Notes: generated by a model from the letters alone, not told the origin. 64,000 bases of DNA from Actinomycetes bacterium (GCA_021803085.1 JAJZMD010000017.1:11393-75392); one strand, 5' to 3'. Shown: positions 9,143 to 17,607, counted from the stretch's first letter. Numbers and translations: made by a program.

Positions 9143-10419
9143 GCTTCGGGTTCCGGGCGGTCCTCAACCCTCTCGCCCAGCCGGACCAGACGCCCCCCGA
9201 CGGCGCGGCTGGGGGCGGCGCGGCTGGGGGCGGCGCGGCTGGGGGCGGCGCGGCTGGGGGCGGCGCGGCTGGGGGCGGCGCGGCTGGGGAGGCCGCATCG
9301 GGAGGCTCGGGGGGCGCCGCCGTCCTCGCCTTCCACCGCCGGCTGCCCGCCTACGAGCCCACGCCGCTCCTCTCTCTCCCCCACCTCGCCTCGGACCTCG
9401 GTGTTCGCGAGCTGCTCGTGAAGGTCGAGGCGGGCCGCTTCGGGCTCCCGGCCTTCAAGCTCCTCGGGGCCTCCTGGGCGACCCACCGCGCGCTGCGCAT
9501 CCGGCTCGCCGAGCGGACCGCCAGGAGCCCGGACGACGTGCTCGTCGAGTGGGCGGACGTCCACGAGCTCGCCCGCCTCGTGGAGCCGCTCCAGCCGCTC
9601 CGCCTCGCCGCGGCGACCGACGGCAACCACGGGCGCGCCGTGGCCCGCATGGCGCGCTGGCTCGGCTTCGACGCCACCGTCTTCGTCCCTGCCGGCACGA
9701 CGGAGACACGAATCGCCGGCATCGAGTCGGAGGGGGCGACGGTCGTCGTCGTCCCTGGCAGCTACGACGACGCGGTCGCGCGGGCCGCCGCGGAAGCGGG
9801 CGAGCGATGCCTGGTCGTCAACGACACGAGCGGGCCCGGCGACGTCGACGTCCCGCGATGGGTCGCCGAGGGGTACGGCACCATGTTCGTGGAGGTCGAC
9901 GAGGCACTGGCCCGGGCCGGCCGGGGCATCCCCGGCGTCGCGCTGGTGCCCATCGGTGTCGGCGCGCTCTGCGCCGCGGCCATCTCGCACTTCCGCCGCG
10001 GCCGGCATCCGGTGCACGTGATCGGCGTCGAGCCGACCGGTGCCGCCAGCATGACGGCGTCCGCGCTGGCCGGAAAGCCGGTAATGGTGGTGGAGCCCTG
10101 CTCGATCATGGCGGGTCTGAACTGCGGGACGCCCTCGCCGGTCGCCTGGCCCGTCGTCTCTGAAGGCGCCTCGGGGTTCGTCACCGTCGACGACGACTGG
10201 GCGCGCCTGGCGGTTCGTACGTACGCCGCGTGCGGCATCGAAGCCGGCGAGACCGGCGCGGCGGCGCTGGCGGGGCTCATGGCGCTCCTCCGCCAGGGCA
10301 GGGCGACTCCGCTTGCGAGGCACGTGGGCAAGGACGCGTCGGTGCTCGTTCTGGCGACCGAGGGCGCGAGCGACCTCGTCGCGTGGCGGACGATCGTCGG
10401 CACCCAGCTCGTCGGATGA
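9139..10419 (+). CDS. diaminopropionate ammonia-lyase-like PLP-dependent enzyme (fold type II)
   Basis: 426 aa from GTG 9139 (GTGA overlap). [43 protein letters not shown] (Lys of FKLLG as PLP lysine), [11 protein letters not shown]. Confidence 0.75.
   Translation: MSFGFRAVLNPLAQPDQTPPDGAAGGGAAGGGAAGGGAAGGGAAGGGAAGEAASGGSGGAAVLAFHRRLPAYEPTPLLSLPHLASDLGVRELLVKVEAGRFGLPAFKLLGASWATHRALRIRLAERTARSPDDVLVEWADVHELARLVEPLQPLRLAAATDGNHGRAVARMARWLGFDATVFVPAGTTETRIAGIESEGATVVVVPGSYDDAVARAAAEAGERCLVVNDTSGPGDVDVPRWVAEGYGTMFVEVDEALARAGRGIPGVALVPIGVGALCAAAISHFRRGRHPVHVIGVEPTGAASMTASALAGKPVMVVEPCSIMAGLNCGTPSPVAWPVVSEGASGFVTVDDDWARLAVRTYAACGIEAGETGAAALAGLMALLRQGRATPLARHVGKDASVLVLATEGASDLVAWRTIVGTQLVG
9201..9290 (+). 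repeat. 15-bp tandem repeat x6 (CGGCGCGGCTGGGGG) coding (AAGGG)5-AAGE
   Basis: Five perfect copies and a sixth with one mismatch, in-frame in the N-terminal extension of the PLP enzyme. Confidence 0.95.
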
Positions 10420-10459
10420 CGGTTGACCCGGCGCCGAGTCCGCCTCGCCTCCGGCCGGC

Positions 10460-10975
10460 TTATCGGGTGGCGTCCTCGGGCCGGGACCCGTCCTCTTCGA
10501 CGATCCTGCGAACCTCGCGGAGGATCTCGTCGTCGTCTGCCAGCGCGAACTGGTCGCTCAGCCAGGCCCCCGCGAGCTCGCCCCGGACGCGGCGCAACGA
10601 GCCGTCCGGCCGGTAGACGAGACGCTCGAGGAGCCCGTTGCGCACGACGACGCCGAAGGGCTCGGGGTCCCATCCGGCGCTCGCCACGATGGTGCGGATC
10701 TCTGCGAGCGAGAAGGGTGAGTCCGCCCAGGCCGGCAGCCATGTCATCACCTCGTCGGGCTTTCGCCCCCCCGCCAGATAGCCCATGCGGGCTGTGTCCT
10801 CGGTGAGCACTCCCAGGACGTCGATCAGGCGCCCGTGCCACCCCCTCTCATGAGCGAGCTCGGCGGCGACTCCGGGTTGCACGGCCCCGTTCGCCCTCAC
10901 GTGGTGCGCGAGGGCGTCGGCGACCTCCTCGAGGCTCGGCTCGGACCGGTCTGCGGCGTCGCGCTCGGATTGCAT
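10460..10975 (-). CDS. hypothetical protein (acidic, no recognised domain)
   Basis: 171 aa from ATG comp(10973..10975), with GGAGGGAGGA 6-7 nt upstream. Coding-like composition. Confidence 0.55.
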   Translation of the reverse strand: MQSERDAADRSEPSLEEVADALAHHVRANGAVQPGVAAELAHERGWHGRLIDVLGVLTEDTARMGYLAGGRKPDEVMTWLPAWADSPFSLAEIRTIVASAGWDPEPFGVVVRNGLLERLVYRPDGSLRRVRGELAGAWLSDQFALADDDEILREVRRIVEEDGSRPEDATR

Positions 10976-11106
10976 CCCGTTCCTCCCTCCCCCTGGCCAT
11001 CCGGGGTGGCTGACCCACACGGTAACCCACGTGCCCTCACGAAGCTGCCGACGCGGCCGCCACGCCCACAGGGTCGAACGTCACATGCGGGAGCTCGGCG
11101 TCGACG

Positions 11107-11133
11107 GTGTGCCGGCTGTGCCGGCTGTGCCGG
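11107..11133. repeat. 9-bp tandem repeat x3 (TGTGCCGGC)
   Basis: Read directly; intergenic. Confidence 0.9.
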
Positions 11134-11163
11134 CTGTGTCAGTGTCGTCGGGGTGCCGGGCGT

Positions 11164-11200
11164 GTCGACGTCGGTCTTGACGTCGACGTCGACGTCGACG
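11164..11200. repeat. self-complementary GTCGAC/GACGTC hexamer run (possible hairpin/terminator)
   Basis: GTCGACGTCGGTCTTGACGTCGACGTCGACGTCGACG, downstream of the stop of the minus-strand small ORF at 11240. Confidence 0.6.
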
Positions 11201-11239
11201 AGCCTGCAGAGAGGGACCCGGCTCGCGCGCCAGGTTGGT

Positions 11240-11431
11240 TCAGCGGCGCTCGCCACCCGGCGTGCGGTCGCCGGCAAGGCGTCGCCACCAGCCCCGGGCG
11301 GGCGCGGGAGGTTCGCTCGAGCACCGGCACCGGTCTGCCTTGGGCACCCGAGCGAGCACCTGCTCGACGTGCGCTCCGCAACCCCGCCACGTGGGCCGGC
11401 CGCAGCGCCGGCAGGTCACCGCTCTACACAT
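11240..11431 (-). CDS. small Cys-rich protein (63 aa), possible metal-binding partner of CsoR
   Basis: MCRAVTCRRCGRPTWRGCGAHVEQVLARVPKADRCRC.., 6 Cys in the first 37 aa. G/C-rich third positions. The start codon sits in the operator-like palindrome. It is embedded in a longer wrong-looking track ORF (11240..11725-). Confidence 0.4.
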   Translation of the reverse strand: MCRAVTCRRCGRPTWRGCGAHVEQVLARVPKADRCRCSSEPPAPARGWWRRLAGDRTPGGERR

Positions 11432-11445
11432 ACCCGCTAGGGTAT
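11430..11445. promoter_or_regulatory. palindrome ATACCC-GCTA-GGGTAT (candidate CsoR-family operator)
   Basis: Perfect 6-4-6 inverted repeat, 30 nt upstream of the CsoR-like GTG start. Confidence 0.5.
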
Positions 11446-11474
11446 CATGGTGAGCGTGATCGCCAGCGCGGCAT

Positions 11475-11810
11475 GTGCGGCGCGCAGAGAGCGACGGAAC
11501 TGCAGGGGGACGGCAGCGTGGATCGACCGAGGAGGAAGGCGTGGAGCTCCCCGACGAGGTGGTGAAGGACGCCCGCCGACGTCTGCACCGGGCGGCGGGC
11601 CAGGTGGAGGCCGTCGACAGGATGCTCGCCGAAGGGTGCGAGTGCAAGGACGTCGTGATGCAGCTCTCGGCGGCCACCAAGGCCCTCGAGCAGGTCGGGT
11701 TCAAGATTCTCGCCGCGGGGCTCACCTACTGCGTCGAGCATCCCGCCGAGGCCGCTGAGCAGGGCTACCCGCTCGAAGAGGTCCAGCGCATGTTCATGCG
11801 GCTCGCGTGA
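11475..11810 (+). CDS. CsoR/RcnR/FrmR-family metal-sensing transcriptional repressor
   Basis: 111 aa. RRLHRAAGQVEAVDRMLAEGCECKDVVMQLSAATKALEQVGFKILAAGLTYCVEH (family helix pattern with Cys/His ligand positions). Confidence 0.8.
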   Translation: MRRAESDGTAGGRQRGSTEEEGVELPDEVVKDARRRLHRAAGQVEAVDRMLAEGCECKDVVMQLSAATKALEQVGFKILAAGLTYCVEHPAEAAEQGYPLEEVQRMFMRLA

Positions 11811-11842
11811 GCCTCGCCCGGGGCGACGGTAGCGGCCCCGCG

Positions 11843-12580
11843 TCAGGAACCGGGTTGGCCGGGCGTCCCCGCCGTCGCCGCCCGTGAACGCGAGTCGGGA
11901 GTCGGACGTCGGAGCCAGCGCAACGACTCGGTGTCGCCGAGCAGCGTGAGGCGTCGCTCCAGCACGGGGTTGTCGTCGGATTGGCTCGGGTGGCACGCGA
12001 TCGCCCGGCCCTGACGGGTCCGGTCCACCCGCAGGACGAGGTCGATCTCGTCGTCGGTGCGTCCGACGAAGCCGGTGCCGAATTCCTCGTTGAGCGCATC
12101 CGCGACGTGGCGGGGGATGGCCCATGCCAGCACGGGCAGGCCGCCACGTGCGGCCAAGGCCGCCTCGGTGGCGCGGCGGTGGTCGGGATGGCCCGTGACC
12201 CCGCCCTCGTCGAAGACGACCACGAGGTCTGCGACCATCTCCTCGGCCATCGCCGCCACCTCAGCGGCGAGCTGGTCGAGGGGCTCGGAGCAGAGCGAGC
12301 CGTCGGGATGCTCGAGCAGCCGCAGCCGGCCGACGCCGAGCTCGGCGGCAGCCCTGGTGAGCTCCGAGCCTCGCTGCGCTGCCAAGGCGGTGCTCGGGGA
12401 GCCGAGGGTGGACGCCTCTCCCCGGGTGAAGCAGAGCACGGCCACCGCTGCGCCGCGCTCGACGTAGCCATCGAGGACTGCGCCCAGGCCGAAGCTCTCG
12501 TCGTCGGGATGGGCGCAGACCGCCAGCACCGACGAGGCGGACAGCAGCTCGCGGCCGTCGGCGCCGGGCGCCGCGCTCAT
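11843..12580 (-). CDS. PIG-L/LmbE-family deacetylase
   Basis: VLAVCAHPDDESFGLG..GVTGHPDHR motifs. Confidence 0.8.
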   Translation of the reverse strand: MSAAPGADGRELLSASSVLAVCAHPDDESFGLGAVLDGYVERGAAVAVLCFTRGEASTLGSPSTALAAQRGSELTRAAAELGVGRLRLLEHPDGSLCSEPLDQLAAEVAAMAEEMVADLVVVFDEGGVTGHPDHRRATEAALAARGGLPVLAWAIPRHVADALNEEFGTGFVGRTDDEIDLVLRVDRTRQGRAIACHPSQSDDNPVLERRLTLLGDTESLRWLRRPTPDSRSRAATAGTPGQPGS

Positions 12581-12975
12581 CCAGCGAGGCGGCCCATTGC
12601 CCGTTCGAGCGAGGAAGCGGCCTGGGCGCCCAGCGCCTCGAGGGCCGCGTCCGTCTCGCTCCTGCCGAGGCCGAGGAGAGCGCGGGGGTCGACGATCGCC
12701 ACGCGGGTGCGGCTCTCGCCGAGACCTTCGAGCACGACGTTGCAGGGCAAGAGCAGCGCGAGCGCGGGGTCGACGTCAAGGGCTCGATGGGCGAGCGCCG
12801 GGTTGCAGGCGCCCAAGATCTTGAGCGGCGATCGGTGCACGCCGAGCTTGGCTTCCAGCGTGGCGGCGACGTCGATCTCGGTCAGGATCCCGAAGCCCTC
12901 CTCAAAGAGCGCTTCACGTACGGCGCTCTCAGCTTCGGCGAGGGGCTGGTCGACGATCTTCTCCATGGCGTCCAT
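12577..12975 (-). CDS. DUF302 domain protein
   Basis: 132 aa. EGFGILTEIDVAATLEAKLG..KILGACNP typical of DUF302. 4-nt overlap with the downstream gene. Confidence 0.75.
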   Translation of the reverse strand: MDAMEKIVDQPLAEAESAVREALFEEGFGILTEIDVAATLEAKLGVHRSPLKILGACNPALAHRALDVDPALALLLPCNVVLEGLGESRTRVAIVDPRALLGLGRSETDAALEALGAQAASSLERAMGRLAG

Positions 12976-13043
12976 GTCACTCCACCTCCGGGTCTATGGG
13001 TTCGCGCTCGACGCGCGTGGGCCCCACGACGGCAAATCGGCTC

Positions 13044-13415
13044 TCACGAGGCCGCACGGGCCCGTTCCTCGACCTTGCGGCGGACCTCCTCCATGTCGAG
13101 GGTCTTCACCTTCGAGATCAGCTCTTCGAGTGCCGGGCCGGGGAGGGCGCCAGCCTGTGCGTAGAGCAGCACGTTGTCACGAAAGGCCATGAGCGTCGGG
13201 ATCGACATGATACCGAACCGGGCGGCGAGCTCCTGCTCCGCCTCGGTGTCGACCTTTGCGAAGACCACGTCCGGATGGGCGACCGATGCCGTCTCGAAGA
13301 CCGGCGCGAACATCCGGCACGGCCCGCACCAGCTGGCCCAGAAGTCGACGAGCACGATCTCGTTCGACCTCACCGTCTCCTCGAAGTCGTCGTTGCGCAA
13401 CGCGACCGTCGTCAT
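13044..13415 (-). CDS. thioredoxin
   Basis: 123 aa from the internal ATG (MTTVALRND..). VLVDFWASWCGPCRMFAP active site. Confidence 0.85.
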   Translation of the reverse strand: MTTVALRNDDFEETVRSNEIVLVDFWASWCGPCRMFAPVFETASVAHPDVVFAKVDTEAEQELAARFGIMSIPTLMAFRDNVLLYAQAGALPGPALEELISKVKTLDMEEVRRKVEERARAAS

Positions 13416-13525
13416 GGCACCTCCAGTATCGGACCGCTCCGCGGGGCCGCCGTCGCAACTCCCGCCAACAGAGAAGAACCGAGATACCAAGGGGGGTATT
13501 CCCGCCATCCCCTCTCCTCATGCCC

Positions 13526-13563
13526 GGGTCCGGCGACATCCGACGGGTCCGGCGACATCCGAC
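13526..13563. repeat. 19-bp tandem repeat x2 (+partial third) GGGTCCGGCGACATCCGAC
   Basis: Lies in the divergent thioredoxin / KdpD-N intergenic region. Confidence 0.9.
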
Positions 13564-13609
13564 GGGGTCCGGCGGTCCGCCGGCACGGGCGGTCCGGCAC
13601 AATGGGGTC

Positions 13610-14794
13610 GTGAGCGAGGCTGTCGTCGACCTGGAGTCGGCGCAGGCCGTCCGTCCTGCCGGACGCTTCCGCATCTACATCGGGGCCGCCGCCGGCGTGG
13701 GCAAGACCGTCGCGATGCTCGACGAGGGTTGGCGCCGCCACGAACGAGGCACCGATGTCGTGATCGGATTCGTCGAGACCCACGGCAGGCCCAAGACCAT
13801 CGAGCAGATCCGCGACCTCGAGATCGTACCGAGGAAGCTCGTCGAGCACCGGGGGGCGACCTTCCCGGAGATGGACCTCGACGCGGTCCTTCGGCGACAT
13901 CCCGAGGTGGCCCTCGTCGACGAGCTCGCCCACACGAACGTGCCCGGCTCGGGCCCGCACGAGAAGCGCTGGGAAGACGTGCTCGACCTCTTGCAAGCGG
14001 GGATCGCCGTGATCAGCAACGTGAACATCCAGCACCTGGAGAGCGTCGCAGACGCGGTCGAAGTCATCACCGGCGCCCGGATCCGCGAGCGCGTGCCCGA
14101 CTGGGTGGTGCGCAGTGCCGACCAGCTCGAGCTCATCGACTCCTCCGCGGACCAGCTCCGCCGCAGGATGCTCCATGGCAACATCTACCCGCGAGACAAG
14201 GTCCCCGCAGCGCTGAACGGCTTCTTCCGTACCGAGAACCTGGTCGCGCTGAGAGAGCTCGCGCTGCGGTTCGTCGCCGACGAGACCGAGGAGGAGCTGC
14301 TCCGGTTCCTGGAGGGTCACCGGCCTCACGGGGTATGGGACACGACCGAGCGCTTCCTCGTGGCCGTGACCGGCGCCCCGGGCACCGATGTGGTGCTGCG
14401 ACGGGCGGCACGGATGGCGCAACGTGCAAAAGGCGAGCTGCTCGTCCTCCATGTGCGGGATCCCGAACGCGAAGGGGAGGGGGTGAAGGGGGCGATCGAC
14501 GCCTTGCGGGGGCTCGCCGAGGACGTCGGGGGCAAGTGGATCGAAGCCGAGGGGGACGACCCCGCGGGCACGGTGGTGAGGGTCGCCGCGGACAGGCAGG
14601 TCACCCAGATCGTCGTCGGTGCCACCCAGCGGAGCCGCTGGGACGAGCTCACCCGCGGCTCGGTCGTCCGCAGGGTGCTGCGAGCCGCGGCGGAACAGGG
14701 CATCGACGTGCACGTCATCGCGCGCCGGGGGCTGAGCCAGGCCGAGCACGGCGGCGGAGCGGTCGACGCCGGGGAGGGCGAGGTACTTCCCTGA
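13610..14794 (+). CDS. KdpD N-terminal sensor domain + Usp domain protein, no histidine-kinase domain
   Basis: 394 aa from GTG 13610. RIYIGAAAGVGKTVAML (P-loop), VDELAHTN, NVNIQHLES, then a Usp-like region. Ends without HisKA/HATPase. Confidence 0.8.
   Translation: MSEAVVDLESAQAVRPAGRFRIYIGAAAGVGKTVAMLDEGWRRHERGTDVVIGFVETHGRPKTIEQIRDLEIVPRKLVEHRGATFPEMDLDAVLRRHPEVALVDELAHTNVPGSGPHEKRWEDVLDLLQAGIAVISNVNIQHLESVADAVEVITGARIRERVPDWVVRSADQLELIDSSADQLRRRMLHGNIYPRDKVPAALNGFFRTENLVALRELALRFVADETEEELLRFLEGHRPHGVWDTTERFLVAVTGAPGTDVVLRRAARMAQRAKGELLVLHVRDPEREGEGVKGAIDALRGLAEDVGGKWIEAEGDDPAGTVVRVAADRQVTQIVVGATQRSRWDELTRGSVVRRVLRAAAEQGIDVHVIARRGLSQAEHGGGAVDAGEGEVLP
14702..14780 (+). repeat. left copy of 79-bp direct repeat (att-like), inside the last 26 codons of the KdpD-N/Usp gene
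   Basis: 76/79 identical to 45982..46060, same orientation, 31,280 bp apart. Identity stops sharply at both ends. Confidence 0.9.
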
Positions 14795-14852
14795 GGCCGG
14801 CGGTGCCGCGGCGGCCGCCAGGCCCTCGGGGGAGGGCGCGGCGGCTCCTCCG

Positions 14853-16379
14853 TCAAGGCGAGGCGGGCGCTTCCTGGACTTTCAGCGCCGAGGCTGCGGC
14901 AGCGTCACCCGCGATCCTGCCGAACACCGAGCCGTTGGTCAGCCCCGTACCGCCCGGATAGTTGAAGTAGAAGATGCCTCCGACGAGCTCGCCGGCCGCG
15001 AACAACCCCTTCAGCGGGTCGCCCTCGGTGTCGATCACCTGCGCCTGCTCGTCGATCCGGAGGCCGCCGAACGTGAAGGTCACCCCGCAGGTCACGCCGT
15101 AGGCCTCGAACGGTGGGGTGTCGACGGTGTTCGCCCAATTGCTCTTGTTGATCGCCAGCCCGACCGTCCCTCGGCCGTCCTTCACGTTCGGGTTGAACGC
15201 CACGTCTTGCTGGACTGCGGCGTTGTACTCCTCGATCGTAAGGAGGAACTGGTCGGCATCGACCCCTTCGAGCTTCGACGCGAGCTCCGGCAACGACTTC
15301 CCCGTCACCTTGGTCACCCGCCGGATGCGGTACTCGTCGCGCAGGAGGGGGATGATCTTCGCGTCGAACACCTGCCAGGCCATCTGGCCCGGTTGGGCGA
15401 GGATCTCCCTGCCGTACTTGGCGTAGGTGTAGTTGCGGAAGTCCGCACCTTCGTCGAGAAACCGGCGCCCGTGTGCGTTGATCATCACCGAGAGCGGGTA
15501 GCTGTGCTTCTGGAAGGCGTCCCCGACGCTGAGGTCGCCGAACGGCGGCGCATGCAGGTCCCAGCCGACTGCGTGCGCGCCGGACCAGTTCCCCCAGGCC
15601 ATGGCTCCCGCGTCGAGGGCCATCCGGATGCCGTCGCCCGTGTTGAACCGGGATCCTCGCACCTTCGCGAGATCCCAACCCGGGCCCAGATAGCGGGTGC
15701 GCCATTCGGCGTTCGCCTCGAAGCCGCCGCACGCCAGCACGACGGCCCCGGCCATCGCAATGTGCTCGTCGTCGTCCTTCACGTAGCGGACCCCCACGAC
15801 CCGTCGGCGCTCGGTGACGAGCGCCGTCGCGCGGGACTGGTAGCGGATCGAGCAGCCCGCGCGCTGGACGGCGGCGGTGAGCGCGTCGATCAGCCCTGGA
15901 CCGCCTCCCATCGCCTCGATCGTGAGCCCGCCCCAGAAGGTGAACTTCCCGTCGACGAGGTACGCCTGGCGCCCGTAGATGGGAAGGAAGCGGACGCCCT
16001 TGGCCCGCATCCACTGGAGGGTCGCGAAGCTGCGCTTCACGAGGATCTCAGCCAGGTCCGGGTCCGTGCGGTACTCCGTCACCCGGCCGAGATCGTCGAG
16101 GAACTGGCTCGCGGGGTAACGACCGAAGTCCGTCTTCTCGATCTGCTCAGGGGAGAGGTCGGGGACGAGAGCCAGGATGTCGTCCACGCCGTCGTAGGCG
16201 AACCGCATCGCGCCGGCGGTGAAGGTCGAGTTGCCACCGCGCTCTTCGAACGGCGCGCGCTCGAGCACGAGCACCTTGGCCCCCGCGTCCTGAGCAGCCA
16301 GCGCGGCACAGAGCGCCGCGTTGCCACCGCCAACCACCACTACGTCGTAATGCTCGTCCACTGCTCCTCCTGTCGGCAT
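14853..16379 (-). CDS. FAD-dependent dehydrogenase, tricarballylate dehydrogenase TcuA-like
   Basis: 508 aa. DVVVVGGGNAALCAALAAQDAGAKVLVLERAP..RGGNS and PPFEAYGVTCGVTFTFGGLRIDE resemble TcuA. Confidence 0.75.
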   Translation of the reverse strand: MPTGGAVDEHYDVVVVGGGNAALCAALAAQDAGAKVLVLERAPFEERGGNSTFTAGAMRFAYDGVDDILALVPDLSPEQIEKTDFGRYPASQFLDDLGRVTEYRTDPDLAEILVKRSFATLQWMRAKGVRFLPIYGRQAYLVDGKFTFWGGLTIEAMGGGPGLIDALTAAVQRAGCSIRYQSRATALVTERRRVVGVRYVKDDDEHIAMAGAVVLACGGFEANAEWRTRYLGPGWDLAKVRGSRFNTGDGIRMALDAGAMAWGNWSGAHAVGWDLHAPPFGDLSVGDAFQKHSYPLSVMINAHGRRFLDEGADFRNYTYAKYGREILAQPGQMAWQVFDAKIIPLLRDEYRIRRVTKVTGKSLPELASKLEGVDADQFLLTIEEYNAAVQQDVAFNPNVKDGRGTVGLAINKSNWANTVDTPPFEAYGVTCGVTFTFGGLRIDEQAQVIDTEGDPLKGLFAAGELVGGIFYFNYPGGTGLTNGSVFGRIAGDAAAASALKVQEAPASP

Positions 16380-16398
16380 CTCCTGTGGGCAACGGGGT

Positions 16399-17607
16399 CT
16401 AGGCCAGCAGCTTCTCGTCGTATGGGAACTTCGTCAGCCGTTCCGGGCCGCCAGCCCCCACCGCGATCACGTCCTCCAGCCGGACCCCTCCGCCACCGGG
16501 AATCCCCTCGACGATGATCGTGGGGACGACGGCCACGACCGTTCCCTCCTCCACCGTGAAGGAGGGCGTGCTCCGACCTGGAGGCGAGATGAACGGCGGC
16601 TCGGCGTACCCCACGCCGATGCCGTGCGCGATCACCATCTTCTGCATGAACCGCCCGAGCTCGTTGTCGGAGAGGGCCTGCTCGGCGGCCTGCTGGACGT
16701 CGGTGCCGCTCCTCCCGGGCACCAGGGCCTTGATGACCTCCTCGTGGACGGAATGCGCGAGCGAGTAGACGGCCCTCTGCCTTCCGTTGGGCTCGCCGCA
16801 GACGACCGTCCGGGTCGCTTCGCTGAACACGCCGTTGAAGCAGGCGCCGATGTCCATGAAGACGAGGTCGCCGGGCCGGACCATCGTCTCTCCCGCGAAC
16901 CGCTGCATGGGGGCGGTGTTCTCTCCCGTGCACACGATCAGGTTGCACTGAGGGATCTCGGCGCCGTGGCGATAGAAGACTCGCATCACCTCCGCCAGGA
17001 TCTCGCACTCGCGGATCCCCGGCTGGACGCAGCTCACGGCCACATGGAGCGCCGCGTCCACCACGGCGGAGGCGATCCGCATGAGCTCGACCTCCTCGGG
17101 GAACTTGACCGCCCGAGCAGCATTGAGGCACCCGTTCCCATCGACCACTTCACTGCCTCGCAGGAGAGCCTCGATGTTGCGGAGGCTTGCCGTCGTGCCG
17201 ATGTCGACACCGACACGTCCGTTCTTGAAGCCGAGGTCCTTCAGCGCGGCGCCGATCGGGGCGATGGCGTCTGCGCCGCCGCCCTCGAGCATCGTCCCCG
17301 TCGGGAATTCGCGCACGTGCCCCTCTGGCATCCAGTACATCGTCTTCCTGCGGTGCGGGGTGTCGTCCTGATGGACGAAGCAGATCACGTCGTCCGAGGC
17401 CGAGGTGACGACCGCTGCCTGACGCACCAGGAAGTTCGGCGCGTACAACGGCCGCAGGCCCGCCAAGTAACGTCCGTTGGCGTACTCGAAGGCGACGAGC
17501 GCGTCGAGCCCGAAGCGCTCCATCATCTCGTGTGCGCGGGCGACGCGCTTTCGACGCAGAAGGTCGATGTCCACTTCACGCTTCCAATCTGAGGCTATTG
17601 ACGTCAT
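16399..17607 (-). CDS. M24-family metallopeptidase/hydrolase (creatinase/Xaa-Pro peptidase/ectoine-hydrolase-like)
   Basis: 402 aa. N-terminal creatinase-like domain and pita-bread C-terminal domain (VFMDIGACFNGVFSE..AHGIG..VRLEDV). Confidence 0.75.
   Translation of the reverse strand: MTSIASDWKREVDIDLLRRKRVARAHEMMERFGLDALVAFEYANGRYLAGLRPLYAPNFLVRQAAVVTSASDDVICFVHQDDTPHRRKTMYWMPEGHVREFPTGTMLEGGGADAIAPIGAALKDLGFKNGRVGVDIGTTASLRNIEALLRGSEVVDGNGCLNAARAVKFPEEVELMRIASAVVDAALHVAVSCVQPGIRECEILAEVMRVFYRHGAEIPQCNLIVCTGENTAPMQRFAGETMVRPGDLVFMDIGACFNGVFSEATRTVVCGEPNGRQRAVYSLAHSVHEEVIKALVPGRSGTDVQQAAEQALSDNELGRFMQKMVIAHGIGVGYAEPPFISPPGRSTPSFTVEEGTVVAVVPTIIVEGIPGGGGVRLEDVIAVGAGGPERLTKFPYDEKLLA

Noticed and set aside
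11447-11758. Alternative 103-aa ORF overlapping the CsoR-like gene, and the 161-aa ORF 11240..11725(-).
   Set aside because: Both translate to Arg/Gly/Pro-rich sequence except for the last 63 codons of the minus-strand ORF, which I kept as the small Cys-rich CDS. The CsoR-family frame (11475..11810) has the clear family signature.
14329-14338. TATGGGACAC, a 10-mer identical to the left half of the 44523 palindrome, as a third IclR site. Also ATGGGACG at about 42166 and TGTCCCA at 44209.
   Set aside because: These are half-sites only, without the inverted partner at the correct spacing. Two of them lie inside coding sequence, so they are likely chance matches. The 44209 half-site is mentioned only as supporting context.
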